A stretch of 64,000 nucleotides of DNA from Deltaproteobacteria bacterium. Lineage in GTDB: Bacteria; Desulfobacterota; Syntrophobacteria; BM002. A model generated the notes under the pieces. The model saw nothing but the letters and a program-made list of their open reading frames with translations, ran no database searches and was not told the DNA's origin. Below are positions 30,449 to 40,754 of this stretch, piece after piece. Numbering within the stretch: the stretch's first letter is position 1; every line of letters begins with the position of its first letter. The position numbers and the translations under genes are program-made. The stretch is from assembly GCA_037384945.1 (NCBI GenBank), contig JARRNM010000013.1, positions 1,321 through 65,320 of the forward strand. The letters are read 5' to 3'.

Positions 30449-30510
30449 TGTTTCCCTCCTGAGAGCAGATTGCCAACCATAGTGCAGTAAGCAAAAAACG
30501 ATAACAACTA

Positions 30511-31128
30511 TTATTGATAGTTGGCCACGAGTTGATTCAGAGCTTGTTCTTGACGCTTTTTGGTTTCAGAGTCGTCAAGTAATTTGTCATAAAGGTGAAA
30601 ACCAAGCAAAAGAGAATAAAGGTCAAAGGCAAATTGTTCACAGTCCGCATCCTTCCTGAATGCGCCGACCTTTATTGCCGATTGGGCAATACGGCGAAGG
30701 CAATCGATCCAATCGTTTTGTTGACGCAACAAACATTCCCTCACTCTTCCGGGCCTGTCGCTATAGTCTGCGCTGGCCGAAACAAAGATACATCCACCCG
30801 TCAATTGGGAAGTCCAGTCTATCCAATTATTGACCAACGCTTTTATTCTTGGAATACCGGGCTCGGTGTCCAAGGCCGGAACAATGACACTCTTGGCAAA
30901 AACACGGGCAGCGTACTCCAATATTTCAATCTGCAGGTTCTCCTTAGATTGGAAGTGAGCGAATAATCCACTTTTGGACATGTTCATGGCCTTCGCAAGG
31001 GAGCCAATGCTCACACCTTCGAGGCCCAGTTGACTGGCCATATCGAGCCCGGCTTCCAGGATGGCCATTTTTGTCTCTTTCCCCTTTTGCATGTCCAACA
31101 ATATAGTACGAACGTTCGTTTTTGTCAA
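30511..31128 (-). CDS. TetR/AcrR-family transcriptional regulator
   Basis: N-terminal HTH LEGVSIGSLAKAMNMSKSGLFAHFQSKENL. Confidence 0.8.
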   Translation of the reverse strand: MTKTNVRTILLDMQKGKETKMAILEAGLDMASQLGLEGVSIGSLAKAMNMSKSGLFAHFQSKENLQIEILEYAARVFAKSVIVPALDTEPGIPRIKALVNNWIDWTSQLTGGCIFVSASADYSDRPGRVRECLLRQQNDWIDCLRRIAQSAIKVGAFRKDADCEQFAFDLYSLLLGFHLYDKLLDDSETKKRQEQALNQLVANYQ

Positions 31129-31444
31129 GTTTTTTAAAATCCATGAGTTTCCCCAAAAATCAGTGGATCATTCTTCTAAATTCTGTTTAAGAGCCAGTTT
31201 GCCTTGAGTTTGCAAGTGCAAGTTGCTGCTGAGCAACCGCTCCTCACTCTCTCAGCTTTGCGAGGGCCAGCATGAAGATATGGTGCTCACTAAGTAGGAA
31301 TCCTGCCAATAGATGGAGCGAATCATGCCCGTTGTGGAGTAGCTTCCCCGGGGCCTATATCTCTAAAATATTTTTGGGGAAACTTCTGCATTCAAGTCCC
31401 CCGGGGTAATTTCTATGTGGAGGGTGGAGGGGAAAAAGGAGAGC

Positions 31445-32668
31445 TTATTTACGCTTGAGGAAAGACAGGATGCCCTTTCCCTTGCCTTTGCCGTCCTTAT
31501 CAAACCCTTGTTGAAATTGTTCCACCGTTTGAATGATCGAACTAAGGATTGCCCCTTTGAGGTTGGATTTAACCGGGAACTGCTGCCAAGATGAGGCGGG
31601 ATTGGTCAATGCTTGCAGGATCGCCCCCATTTGCTCCTCATTGAAAATCTCCTTCTGCTTGTGGAGGATGGCAAAAATCCAGGCATTGAAACCATTGAGC
31701 AGCTCTTGATTGCTCGGAGTGGATTTAGGTGAACTCCCGAGGATCAGTTTGAGATTCCTTTTGGCATCGCCCCGGCAATCGTAAACTCGAAGAAACTTCG
31801 AGTACTGGGCGGGCACTTGAGCTTTGGCCTCTTCCAGAAGATTTTGAGCCCGACTGCCCACAGTCTTTTCAGTGATCTCCAGTACATTGAGGAGCACTCG
31901 GTGATATATCTGGATAATAGCAGGGGCCTCACTTTTGTCTTCAGAAGTGACTGCCGCCACACTCATGCCTTGTTCAATTAGACCTGAGGAAATTAAGGAG
32001 TTAATCACCCGGTAGACGCTAAACTCATCGTTGCCGCTATCCTCTATTACCTGTTGCACCGTTCGCTTGCCATTGATAAGAGAAATGATGCGCCACTCAT
32101 TGGCGGTCAAGTTCACAGTGTCGCGCTGTTCCTCCACGGACCTGTTGATCTTGAAAACCATTTGTTTATCTGGAATGTTCTTCTTTAGAATACCCCATTC
32201 ATCCACCCGCCGAGTGCCTTCAAGAATGACCTCCATATGGTTCAGCTCTGTGACAAACTCTTGATCCAGATTGAAATCCTGGTCTACATATTCGAAGTCT
32301 CCTTGTTTCCATAGGAACAAGTCGTAGAGAATATCGCGCACCTGTTGATGAATAAACTTCTTGAGTGTTTCAACCGAGATGAAGCCCTTTTCCACCAAGA
32401 TCTTCCCCAGTTTTTCATTTCTTTGTTTGGCGAGAGCAAGGGCTTTCTGGAGCTCTTCGGCTGAGATAATACCTTTGGTGCGAAGGAGATAACCAAGCCT
32501 TACCTCTTTTTGGGTGCCCACTGCATAAACGATATTGCCATTCTTGATGTAAACCCGCACAAGGCGGTCTTGTTCGGCAATGGTGAGGATACCGGTCTTT
32601 TTATCCTGAGCAAGAAGCTGGAGGATACTGGATAAATATAATGTCCCGATATTACCCTTTAGTGCCAT
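31445..32668 (-). CDS. DUF4388 (PATAN-like) domain protein with a Lys/Gly-rich C-terminal tail
   Basis: N-terminal GNIGTLYLSSILQLLAQDKKTGILTI is the DUF4388 signature. Confidence 0.65.
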   Translation of the reverse strand: MALKGNIGTLYLSSILQLLAQDKKTGILTIAEQDRLVRVYIKNGNIVYAVGTQKEVRLGYLLRTKGIISAEELQKALALAKQRNEKLGKILVEKGFISVETLKKFIHQQVRDILYDLFLWKQGDFEYVDQDFNLDQEFVTELNHMEVILEGTRRVDEWGILKKNIPDKQMVFKINRSVEEQRDTVNLTANEWRIISLINGKRTVQQVIEDSGNDEFSVYRVINSLISSGLIEQGMSVAAVTSEDKSEAPAIIQIYHRVLLNVLEITEKTVGSRAQNLLEEAKAQVPAQYSKFLRVYDCRGDAKRNLKLILGSSPKSTPSNQELLNGFNAWIFAILHKQKEIFNEEQMGAILQALTNPASSWQQFPVKSNLKGAILSSIIQTVEQFQQGFDKDGKGKGKGILSFLKRK

Positions 32669-32776
32669 AAAGAAAAGCCGCCTATTATTTCCTAGTGTTT
32701 TCTTGCAGCTGCGTCGTGCTTCCCGTCAACAAGCAAGTTTGTATAGATCCTTCAAGGTTTTGTCAACTCTTTTGTC

Positions 32777-33745
32777 TCAGCCCTTCCTCTCTCCCCCAGG
32801 AGCAATAAACTCTTTCACCAATCCGGCGATCTCTTCCGTCTCCTCAGGGTGGAACCACCTGATCTCCTGGTCGCCCCTGAACCACGTCAGCTGCCTCTTG
32901 GCATAGCGGCGCGTATCTCTTTTCATTGTCCTTACTGCCTCAGCAATTTTCATTCCGTTTATGAGATGTTGCACCATATGGCGATAACCTAAGGCCTGCA
33001 TACTCTTGAGATTAGGTCCGTAGCCCCGGTCTAAAAGCCCTCTTACCTCGGCAAGAAGCCCCAGTTCCATCATCTCTTCAACTCTTCTGTTGATTCTCTT
33101 ATAGAGTTCGGACCGGGGAAGTTTTAACCCGATCTTCAAGGTAAAGAACGGGTTTTCCTTGAAACCGTGCTCCTTTTGAAGCACGGACAGGGGCTTACCT
33201 GTCAATTCCCATACTTCCAAGGCCCTGATGATTCGAAAAAGGTCATTTGGGTGAACTCTCCCTGCACTGCCGGGATCTATCTGTTTCAGTCGGTTATAAA
33301 GCTCCACTCCGCCGTCTTTTTCCCCTTGTCGACGCAGACGCTCTCTGATGCTCTCGTTGGAGTAATCGGCGGGGAACAGTCCATGGAACAAAGCTTTCAG
33401 GTAAAGCCCGGTTCCACCCGCCACAATGGCAACCTTACCCTCCTCCACCAGACTGTTTATGGCCTCCCGTGCCATCTGGCTGTAAAGGCTTGCATCGAAG
33501 TCCTGGTCGGGATCGACAATATCCAACAGATGGTGAGCCACTTCCGTTCTTTCCGCTGCTGTGGGCTTGGCCGTGCCAATGTCCATATAACGGTAGATCT
33601 GCATGGAGTCCGCATTTACAATCGCACCAATAAAATCCTTGGCCACTTGCAAAGCGAGCCCGGATTTCCCCACGGCAGTGGGACCCATCACTGCAATTAC
33701 CTTGGACCTCTTTGCCTGCATTTGGCCTTGGTTTTTCGCCTCCAT
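32777..33745 (-). CDS. miaA: tRNA dimethylallyltransferase
   Basis: P-loop GPTAVGKS and DSMQIYR motifs. Start placed at the internal Met (MEAKNQGQMQAKRSKVIAVMGPTAVGKS) rather than the 5'-extended ORF that runs into a repeat. Confidence 0.85.
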   Translation of the reverse strand: MEAKNQGQMQAKRSKVIAVMGPTAVGKSGLALQVAKDFIGAIVNADSMQIYRYMDIGTAKPTAAERTEVAHHLLDIVDPDQDFDASLYSQMAREAINSLVEEGKVAIVAGGTGLYLKALFHGLFPADYSNESIRERLRRQGEKDGGVELYNRLKQIDPGSAGRVHPNDLFRIIRALEVWELTGKPLSVLQKEHGFKENPFFTLKIGLKLPRSELYKRINRRVEEMMELGLLAEVRGLLDRGYGPNLKSMQALGYRHMVQHLINGMKIAEAVRTMKRDTRRYAKRQLTWFRGDQEIRWFHPEETEEIAGLVKEFIAPGGERKG

Positions 33746-33764
33746 GGTCGTTGCCCTAAACAGC

Positions 33765-33855
33765 TGGCAGCAGCCAGCTGGCAGATTTATGAATCGATTG
33801 CCATGCCTCTGCCTGCTGCCCGCTGCATGCTGCCAGCTGGTCTCTGGCGCTTTGC
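33765..33855. repeat. Family B low-complexity module (GCTGGCAGCAGCCAGCTGGCAG ... CTGCCTGCTGCCCGCTGCATGCTGCCAGCTGG) in the mutL-miaA spacer
   Basis: CAGCTGGCAG motifs shared with 42680-42715 and 52660-52690. Confidence 0.45.
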
Positions 33856-35634
33856 TCAGGCTCTGCCGAACATCCGTTCTAGTTCCCCCAAAGTTAGCTT
33901 CCACCAGAGTGGTCGGCCATGAGGGCAGGTTGAAGAGAGCTCCAATCCGTCCAATTGGTGCAAGAGCGCCGCCATCTCATGGTTCCCCAGCTTCTGACCC
34001 GCTTTGATGGCCACCCGGCAAGCCATAGATTGAAGCAGTTTCTCCAGGAGAGCTTCGGTCCCCAAGGACCTCGCCCCCTCGCAACCCGAAGCGACAAGCT
34101 CCAAGAGAAGTCTTTGCGGTTCCTGTCTCAAGGCCGCCGCCGGCACTGCCCGTAGCACAAAGGTGTTTATCCCGAAGGGCTCCAACGCAAAGCCCAATCG
34201 TGAAAACAGGGGCAGGGAGTCTTTCAGCCAAGCGCCTTCTTCCCCGGTTACCTCTATGGTTTCAGGAATCATCAGAATCTGACTTGCTAACTCCCCTCCC
34301 ATGGCCTCTCGTCGGAAAATTTCGAAGAACACCCGTTCGTGAGCCGCATGCTGATCTATGAGAATTAGACCATCTTCCGCCTCACAAAGAATGTAGCTGT
34401 GGTGTAGCTGACCAATTAAGCTCAGGTCGCCGAATAAACCCCTTGGTTTCTCTTCCTCCCCCGCTGCCAGATCCTCGTCTACTGGAGACCGAACCGGCAG
34501 GAAGTCCTGTGCTGCATAACCTGCACCTCCAGGCTCGGCTACGCTCATATTTTCCAGCGGTACCTGCCTCCATTCTTTCCGAGACGGAATCCCCGCAGAT
34601 CGCTGCCAACCTTTGGCGGCAAGGGGCCGAGTCCATCGTCGTCTTTCCATGCCGCTCAGAGCGGTACGCACCGCCGTTGTCACCATTTTTGCGACAGCGC
34701 CGGGATCTTGGAAGCGCACTTCCGCCTTGGTCGGATGAACATTGACATCCACCTGCTGGTAAGGCAGATTCAGGAGAAGCACGCCCAGAGGGAATTGTCC
34801 TTTGGGGAGTAAGGTCCTATAAGCTTCTAAAATGGCAATTCTTAAAAGCTGATCTCTAACCGCCCTACCATTCACATAAAGAAAAAGCATACTGCCACTG
34901 GATCTGTGGAGTTCAGGCGGACTGAAATGACCCTCGATCTTCACAGGTCCTTGCTGCTGAGACAGGGATAGCCAGGATCGTGAAAAATCCTTGGAAAAGA
35001 CCTGGGCTAACCGCTGCTGCAGATTTACGGTTCCAGGCCAGTCATGCACCTGGCGATTCCTCAAACGGAGAGAGAAATGCACCTCGGGCCTGCTTAAGGC
35101 CAGTCTGGTCAGTAGATCCGCTACATGGCCAAACTCGGTCTTTTCCCTTTTCAAAAATTTGCGCCGTGCTGGTTGGTTGAAAAAGAGATCGCGCACCCAC
35201 ACTTGTGTGCCCGGCGGACAACCACATTGGCCGACCTTTTTGACAACCCCGCCGGAAACAAAAATCTTAGTGCCTGCTGCGGAAGCCCTCGTTCTGCTGA
35301 TTAGCTCGAACTTCGATACCGCTGCAAGACTCGGCAGGGCTTCGCCGCGAAAACCCAGGGTTTGAATTGCCGCCAAGTCCTCATCCTTTTCGAGCTTGCT
35401 GGTTGCATGCCTCTCAAGGGCCAGAATAACATCATCTTCTTCCATCCCGGAACCATCGTCTACAACTCTAATCGTCCGGCATCCATTTCCTTGAATCTCA
35501 ATGGAAATTCGGCGAGATTCCGCGTCCATGGCATTCTCAACCAGCTCCTTGACTACTGAAGCAGGCCTTTCCACCACCTCGCCAGCCGCAATTTTGTTGG
35601 TCAGCCCTTCTGGCAACACCCTAATCCTGGCCAT
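33856..35634 (-). CDS. mutL: DNA mismatch repair protein MutL
   Basis: GHKL ATPase N-terminus (LTNKIAAGEVVERPASVVKELVENAMDA) and the C-terminal dimerisation domain. Confidence 0.9.
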   Translation of the reverse strand: MARIRVLPEGLTNKIAAGEVVERPASVVKELVENAMDAESRRISIEIQGNGCRTIRVVDDGSGMEEDDVILALERHATSKLEKDEDLAAIQTLGFRGEALPSLAAVSKFELISRTRASAAGTKIFVSGGVVKKVGQCGCPPGTQVWVRDLFFNQPARRKFLKREKTEFGHVADLLTRLALSRPEVHFSLRLRNRQVHDWPGTVNLQQRLAQVFSKDFSRSWLSLSQQQGPVKIEGHFSPPELHRSSGSMLFLYVNGRAVRDQLLRIAILEAYRTLLPKGQFPLGVLLLNLPYQQVDVNVHPTKAEVRFQDPGAVAKMVTTAVRTALSGMERRRWTRPLAAKGWQRSAGIPSRKEWRQVPLENMSVAEPGGAGYAAQDFLPVRSPVDEDLAAGEEEKPRGLFGDLSLIGQLHHSYILCEAEDGLILIDQHAAHERVFFEIFRREAMGGELASQILMIPETIEVTGEEGAWLKDSLPLFSRLGFALEPFGINTFVLRAVPAAALRQEPQRLLLELVASGCEGARSLGTEALLEKLLQSMACRVAIKAGQKLGNHEMAALLHQLDGLELSSTCPHGRPLWWKLTLGELERMFGRA

Positions 35635-35744
35635 AAAATCCTCCTTGGGTCACAATTCCCTTATCCTAATCTTATTTAGTGGAATTTGACAACCGCAACA
35701 AAGCTCAAATTGGAGTGTAGGAGTGGAAGGGTTGCTTATTGCGC

Positions 35745-36160
35745 ATTATGAATTGTGGATTTGATAAGGCATGGGGAGCGGAGGGGGAAGTGAGACGGGC
35801 GAGACGGGGTCAGCGGTCGGAGCTCGGAGGTCAGAGGTCGGAAGTCAGAAGACAGATGGCACTGTGTCAGTTGTCAGTGGTCCGTTATTAAAGAAGCATG
35901 GCGCAGGGCGCAGGGCGTGAGGCAGAGTGCACAAGGCCAAGGGCAAAGGGCAGAGGACAGTAGTTACATTAGGGAATTAGAGAATTGGGAGGGTATTCCT
36001 TGCTTCTCACGGTTTATACTTTACGCGTTGACGAATTGGCTAATTGTCTAATCGACTAATTTTCTAATTGACGGTTTCTACGATTTGGACGATTTCTTCG
36101 ACTTGAACGATTGGAACGTCTTGAACGGTTTGAGCAACGGACTACTGACGACGGACAATG
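35745..36160. repeat. ~400 bp MITE-like composite element: an inverted-orientation homologue of 1175-1575
   Basis: The reverse complement shares GTCGAAGAAATCGTCCAAA(C/T)CGTAGAAACCGT, the GTCCGT-type terminal repeat and the heptamer-tandem modules. Confidence 0.6.
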
Positions 36161-36286
36161 GACAAAGATGCGGTTAGTGGTTGACAGAGCTCTTTAAATA
36201 GGCTATTCATGGACCCGAAATCTGACGAGATAACATCCGGTAACAATTACTATTCTCGGTCAGCTCGAGTCAGACAACCATGATAA

Positions 36287-37801
36287 TTGTCGTGGCTGCC
36301 GAGGGTGCTTCCTTTATATCCTTCTTTGTCCCGCCTATGGGTCGATATGTCAGTTGATCGCCAACTCGACGACATCACAGTTTTGTTGAGTAACTGTTTG
36401 GATGCATACACGGCAGCCGTCTTTATCTGGGACGACCCTAGCAAGCTCCTTACCCTCCGGGCCTTTCACACTCTGAGCAAGCACATTATCTCCAAGCTAC
36501 GATTTCCCCCTGAAGATGGAGGCCTTATAGGCTGGGTAGCCAAAAACAAGCAGCCACTAACCGTCGATCACTTCGACCGTGACTCCAGAATTCTCCCCTA
36601 CTACGGAAGTGACGAGAACATCAAATCTTTCCTGGCTGTCCCGTTGCCTGGTCCTAGAGGCGTTATTTGCGTGGACAGTAAACGGCAGTATGTCTTCACC
36701 AATAAAGACCAAAAACTCCTCTCAGGCTTTGCAACCGTCGCAGCAAACGCCCTCAGTGCTGAGCGCGAAAGTATGCGCCACCTGCGTCAGCGCCAGCTCT
36801 TGACCTTGTGGCGTCGGGCAGATGCACTGCCCGCTGATACGGACGATCCCGCTCCATATCTAACCCGGTTACTGGATTCTGTCTGTCCATATTTGCAAGC
36901 CAACGCTGGCCTGGTTGCCGTCCCAATCAAAGATGGAGAATTCTTGCAACCGGTGGCCGCATCCGGCACCTTGCCAGCAACACTCCTGAAAAATGCTTAT
37001 CCAGTCGATCAGGGAATCATGGGTTGGATCTATCAGAATCGCAAATCCCTCACTATCCCTAAATTTCGCTCCCCTACTCGTATTCCCTTTCTTTTTGGCC
37101 CCCGAGACGGTATCGGCAGTATAGGTGGCCTGATTGGTATGCCCCTTGCCTGGGAAGCAGAAGAGGTTGGCGGCGTTATGGCCTTTATCTGTCGCACCGA
37201 AGCCAAGTGGGGCAAAGAAGAAATTGGTGCGGTTACCTCGGTGGTGAGGAGAGCTTCCCTGGTTTTACAGAACTTTACCCTCAAACGGGAATTAGCCCTG
37301 GTCCGGAATTTGGATCCCATCACCGAAGTCTGCAACACTGAGGCATTTGATCGTGTACTCCAGAAAAGATTACAACGCTGTCGGGAAAAGGGCACTAGCC
37401 TTGCTCTGGGCATAATTGCGATCCGTGAGTTCGAGGCATTAAGCACTCGAGTTGCTTTACCAGCCCTGGCGGCTCTTCGCCAACGGGTTGCCTCAACTCT
37501 GCTCCAGCGACTCAAGCGAGGACAGCTCATGGGATGTCTCGATCAAGCTCGTTTCGCCCTGTTATTTGAAGATGACGAGGAGAAAGAAATTCGTGAGCAA
37601 CTCCTGGCGATTTCCGTTGCTCTGGATCAGGAGGTGCTGGCACCCTTGGGCGACGCCCCCCGCTTGCAAGCGTCGTTCGGTTTTGCCATCTTTCCTCGAG
37701 ATGCGGCCTCTGCAAATGAACTCTGGACTATGGGCTTCAGAGCCCTGACGGATCAAACACCTAGTATGCCGGTTAGCAGGACCAAGATGAGATCTGCTTG
37801 A
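36287..37801 (+). CDS. Tandem GAF-domain protein with a C-terminal degenerate GGDEF-like domain. The start is probably an internal Met near 36341.
   Basis: Two GAF-like segments. The C-terminal domain aligns to GGDEF, but the signature is GCLDQ instead of GG(D/E)EF. Confidence 0.65.
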   Translation: MSWLPRVLPLYPSLSRLWVDMSVDRQLDDITVLLSNCLDAYTAAVFIWDDPSKLLTLRAFHTLSKHIISKLRFPPEDGGLIGWVAKNKQPLTVDHFDRDSRILPYYGSDENIKSFLAVPLPGPRGVICVDSKRQYVFTNKDQKLLSGFATVAANALSAERESMRHLRQRQLLTLWRRADALPADTDDPAPYLTRLLDSVCPYLQANAGLVAVPIKDGEFLQPVAASGTLPATLLKNAYPVDQGIMGWIYQNRKSLTIPKFRSPTRIPFLFGPRDGIGSIGGLIGMPLAWEAEEVGGVMAFICRTEAKWGKEEIGAVTSVVRRASLVLQNFTLKRELALVRNLDPITEVCNTEAFDRVLQKRLQRCREKGTSLALGIIAIREFEALSTRVALPALAALRQRVASTLLQRLKRGQLMGCLDQARFALLFEDDEEKEIREQLLAISVALDQEVLAPLGDAPRLQASFGFAIFPRDAASANELWTMGFRALTDQTPSMPVSRTKMRSA

Positions 37802-37930
37802 TTATACAAATTTAGCCTATGCGAGATTAGGGCAGTACTGAAGTGATCCCACCTTATTCCTCCCCTCGATCGGGGAGGAAAGTCTTTTACCTTTAGATGG
37901 AAAAGAGCCAATAGGAGAACAGAGCCACTT

Positions 37931-38959
37931 ATGAGATTGCTGGACGGAATTGCGGGACTTTTTGCTAAGGATATGGCAATGGACCTTGGCACTGCCAATA
38001 CCCTAATTTATGTGAAAGGTGAGGGTATCGTGCTTAACGAACCATCGGTGGTAGCCTTGAGTCGAGATACGGGTAAGGTAGTCGCAGTGGGCCGCGAGGC
38101 CAAGGAGTATCTTGGTCGCACGCCTCAAAAAATAGTTGCCATTCGCCCCATGAAAGACGGGGTAATCGCCGATTTCGAAGTTACCAGTGTGATGATTAAA
38201 TATTTTCTCAAAAAGGTCAGGAAAAGAGCCACTCTCTTTCGCCCACGATTGATAGTCGCAGTACCCACAGGCATTACCCAGGTGGAAAAACGGGCGGTTA
38301 TTGACTCGGCAGAGGAATCAGGAGCGCGTCAGGTCAATCTTATTGAGGAACCTATGGCGGCTGCCGTCGGCACTGGTCTGCCCATCCACAAGCCTGTGGG
38401 CAACATGATTGTGGATATAGGTGGCGGCACAACAGAGGTGGCAGTTATTTCACTTTCTGCCGTGGCCTACTCAGAATCAGTGCGGGTTGCCGGCGACGAG
38501 GCCAACGAGGCCATAATTCGCTACGTTCAGAACCACCACCAGATTGCCATTGGAGAAAATGAGGCGGAAAGAATCAAGCTGAAAATCGGCTCTGCCTGCC
38601 CACTTCCTCAGACCTTGACCGCCAAGGTGGCTGGCAAGGAGATACTTACAGGTATACCGAGATCTTTCGAGATGAGCGACGAGGAAATCAGAAGGGCCTT
38701 GACTGAACCGGTGAACGTCATCATAGAGAGTATCAAGCGGACTTTCGAGAAGACACCGCCAGAACTGGCGTCGGACATCAGTAACAGCGGTGTGTGGTTG
38801 GCGGGAGGCGGTGCTCTTCTGAGAGGGTTGGACACCTTGCTTGCTGATATTCTTCAGCTTGCAGTGAATGTGGAACAAGATCCTCTGACCACGGTAACCC
38901 GCGGCGCCGGCAAGGTGATGGAATCAATTAATGAATATCAGCAGGTTTTTATAAACTAG
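37931..38959 (+). CDS. mreB: Rod-shape/cytoskeletal actin homologue MreB
   Basis: DLGTANTLIYV, ASG family signature and ~340 aa. No mreC/mreD downstream. Confidence 0.9.
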   Translation: MRLLDGIAGLFAKDMAMDLGTANTLIYVKGEGIVLNEPSVVALSRDTGKVVAVGREAKEYLGRTPQKIVAIRPMKDGVIADFEVTSVMIKYFLKKVRKRATLFRPRLIVAVPTGITQVEKRAVIDSAEESGARQVNLIEEPMAAAVGTGLPIHKPVGNMIVDIGGGTTEVAVISLSAVAYSESVRVAGDEANEAIIRYVQNHHQIAIGENEAERIKLKIGSACPLPQTLTAKVAGKEILTGIPRSFEMSDEEIRRALTEPVNVIIESIKRTFEKTPPELASDISNSGVWLAGGGALLRGLDTLLADILQLAVNVEQDPLTTVTRGAGKVMESINEYQQVFIN

Positions 38960-38974
38960 CCTCCATCCGGCAGT

Positions 38975-39075
38975 CGGGGATTTTCGGATGGAGGTTTCAG
39001 TGTTCAGTGTTCAGGTTTCAGCTTCTATGCCGCTTTTCCCTGAAACCTGACATCTGACACCTCAATTCTCCATTA
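38975..39075. repeat. Mosaic hairpin repeat: CCATCCGG...CGGATGG arm, GTTTCAGTGTTCAGG ... CCTGAAACCTGACA hairpin module, and a CCATTACTC family-A terminus
   Basis: Modules shared with 57085-57170 and 59640-59720. Confidence 0.5.
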
Positions 39076-39081
39076 CTCTCA

Positions 39082-39813
39082 CTAGAGGATTTGACTGAGG
39101 AATAGCTTGGTGCGGTCGTGGGTGGGATTGTGAAAGAAATGCTCTGGCGTGCCCACCTCAACAATTTTGCCCTCGTCCATAAAAATTACCCGATCCGCAA
39201 CCTCCCGGGCAAAACCCATCTCATGGGTTACCACCACCATAGTCATCCCTTCCCCGGCCAGTGCTTTCATGACATCAAGCACCTCTCCGATCATCTCAGG
39301 ATCGAGAGCCGAGGTCGGCTCGTCAAAGAGCATCACCTTGGGGTCCATTGCCAAGGCCCTGGCGATGGCAACCCTTTGCTGCTGACCACCGGAGAGGTTG
39401 TCCGGGTAGGAGTCGGCCTTCTCAGGGATGCCCACCTTTTTCAAGAGGGCCATGGCTTTTTCTGCCGCCTCTTTTTTGGAGCGTTTTCGCACTACTGTCT
39501 GGGCCAGAGTCAGATTTCCCATAACCGTCTTGTGGCCAAAAAGATTGAAGGACTGAAAGACCATACCCATTTCCTCTCTGACCTTGTTGATGTTGGTCTT
39601 GTGATCGAGAATATCAATCCCGTCTATGTAAATATGGCCTTTGTCAGCTTTCTCCAGCATATTCAGACAACGCAGCAATGTGCTCTTGCCCGATCCCGAG
39701 GGGCCGATGATCACCACCACCTCCCCTTTATCAATTTGGCATGAAACATCGACCAGTGCCTCGACCTTGTGGGTGGTATAGAAGGTTTTATGAACGTGTT
39801 CCGCCCTAACCAC
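39082..39813 (-). CDS. Polar amino acid ABC transporter ATP-binding protein
   Basis: Walker [18 protein letters not shown], Walker [15 protein letters not shown] start overlaps the corrected permease stop (GTGGTTAG). Confidence 0.9.
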   Translation of the reverse strand: MVRAEHVHKTFYTTHKVEALVDVSCQIDKGEVVVIIGPSGSGKSTLLRCLNMLEKADKGHIYIDGIDILDHKTNINKVREEMGMVFQSFNLFGHKTVMGNLTLAQTVVRKRSKKEAAEKAMALLKKVGIPEKADSYPDNLSGGQQQRVAIARALAMDPKVMLFDEPTSALDPEMIGEVLDVMKALAGEGMTMVVVTHEMGFAREVADRVIFMDEGKIVEVGTPEHFFHNPTHDRTKLFLSQIL

Positions 39814-40754
39814 CGATTGCAGTCCTCCTTTCCAGATATTGAACGAACATGGACAGGGTAAAGGTCAGCATTAGATAAAGAATAGCACAGATGAACCAAA
39901 GTTCGAAAGGCTGCAAGCTGCTGGTGACCACTGAACTGACCTGCCAACGGCGGCAGAATCCGGCGGAAGGCCTGTGGCAGGATAATGTAGCCCATGGATT
40001 GCGGATAGGTCATCCCAAGAGAACGAGCCGCTTCCATCTGCCCCCGGTGAATAGACTGGATGCCGGCTCGAACAATCTCGGCCACATAAGCCCCGGCGAA
40101 CACTGCCAGGGCAGCCACACCGTACCACAGGGCTGAGAGTTGGCCTATGCCCTGTTTGGCCAGCAAGGTATTGAACACGGTCCCCAGGACGAAATACCAG
40201 ATAAAAATCTGCACAAGAAGAGGTGAACCCCTTATGAGTTCGATGTAGGTAATCGCTGTCCACCTGAGGGCAGGATTCTTGGAGATCCTGGCCAGACCGG
40301 CAAAGAGGCCTATTATAATTCCCAGGAACACGGCAATGATACTGACTTTCAGGGTAATCCACAGCCCTATAAGCAGTATGCCAACTTTCCATTTCTGGTA
40401 GACGCCAAGGATGTCACCGGGATAAATGTAGGCCCCCTTGCTCACCTGCAGCGAACGGGCAGGGACTGGATAAACCTCCTCCACATCACCTCCCCGGACG
40501 GCGACCTCCACTTGATCCCCTTTGGGTACCAGAGAGACCACTTTGCCGCCTATCTGCGAGCGGACTTCAATGGTGTCTTTGTAGAAGAAGTACTGGGGTA
40601 TCCGGTACCAGCGCCAGACATAATCCACCTTCTTAGTGGCTATCAAAAGCAAGAGGATGACTGTGGCCATCATCAAGAAAAAGAAAATTATTGAGATGTG
40701 ACGCCAGCCACGGGTTCGTAGATAGTCAGTGAGTGAAAAGCTGCCTGTGGTCAC
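39806..40754 (-). CDS. Polar amino acid ABC transporter permease (HisM/GlnP family) with a long N-terminal extension and an apparent 1-nt frameshift near 39926-39940
   Basis: Frame 0 matches the family up to ...[16 protein letters not shown]. The last TM ([38 protein letters not shown]) is encoded in the +1 frame, which ends at TAG 39806-39808. Confidence 0.7.

Noticed and set aside
33746-33904. 5'-extended miaA start (375-aa version)
   Set aside because: The extension is Arg/Ser/Cys-rich, runs through the family-B repeat and overlaps mutL. The conserved MiaA N-terminus begins at the internal Met.
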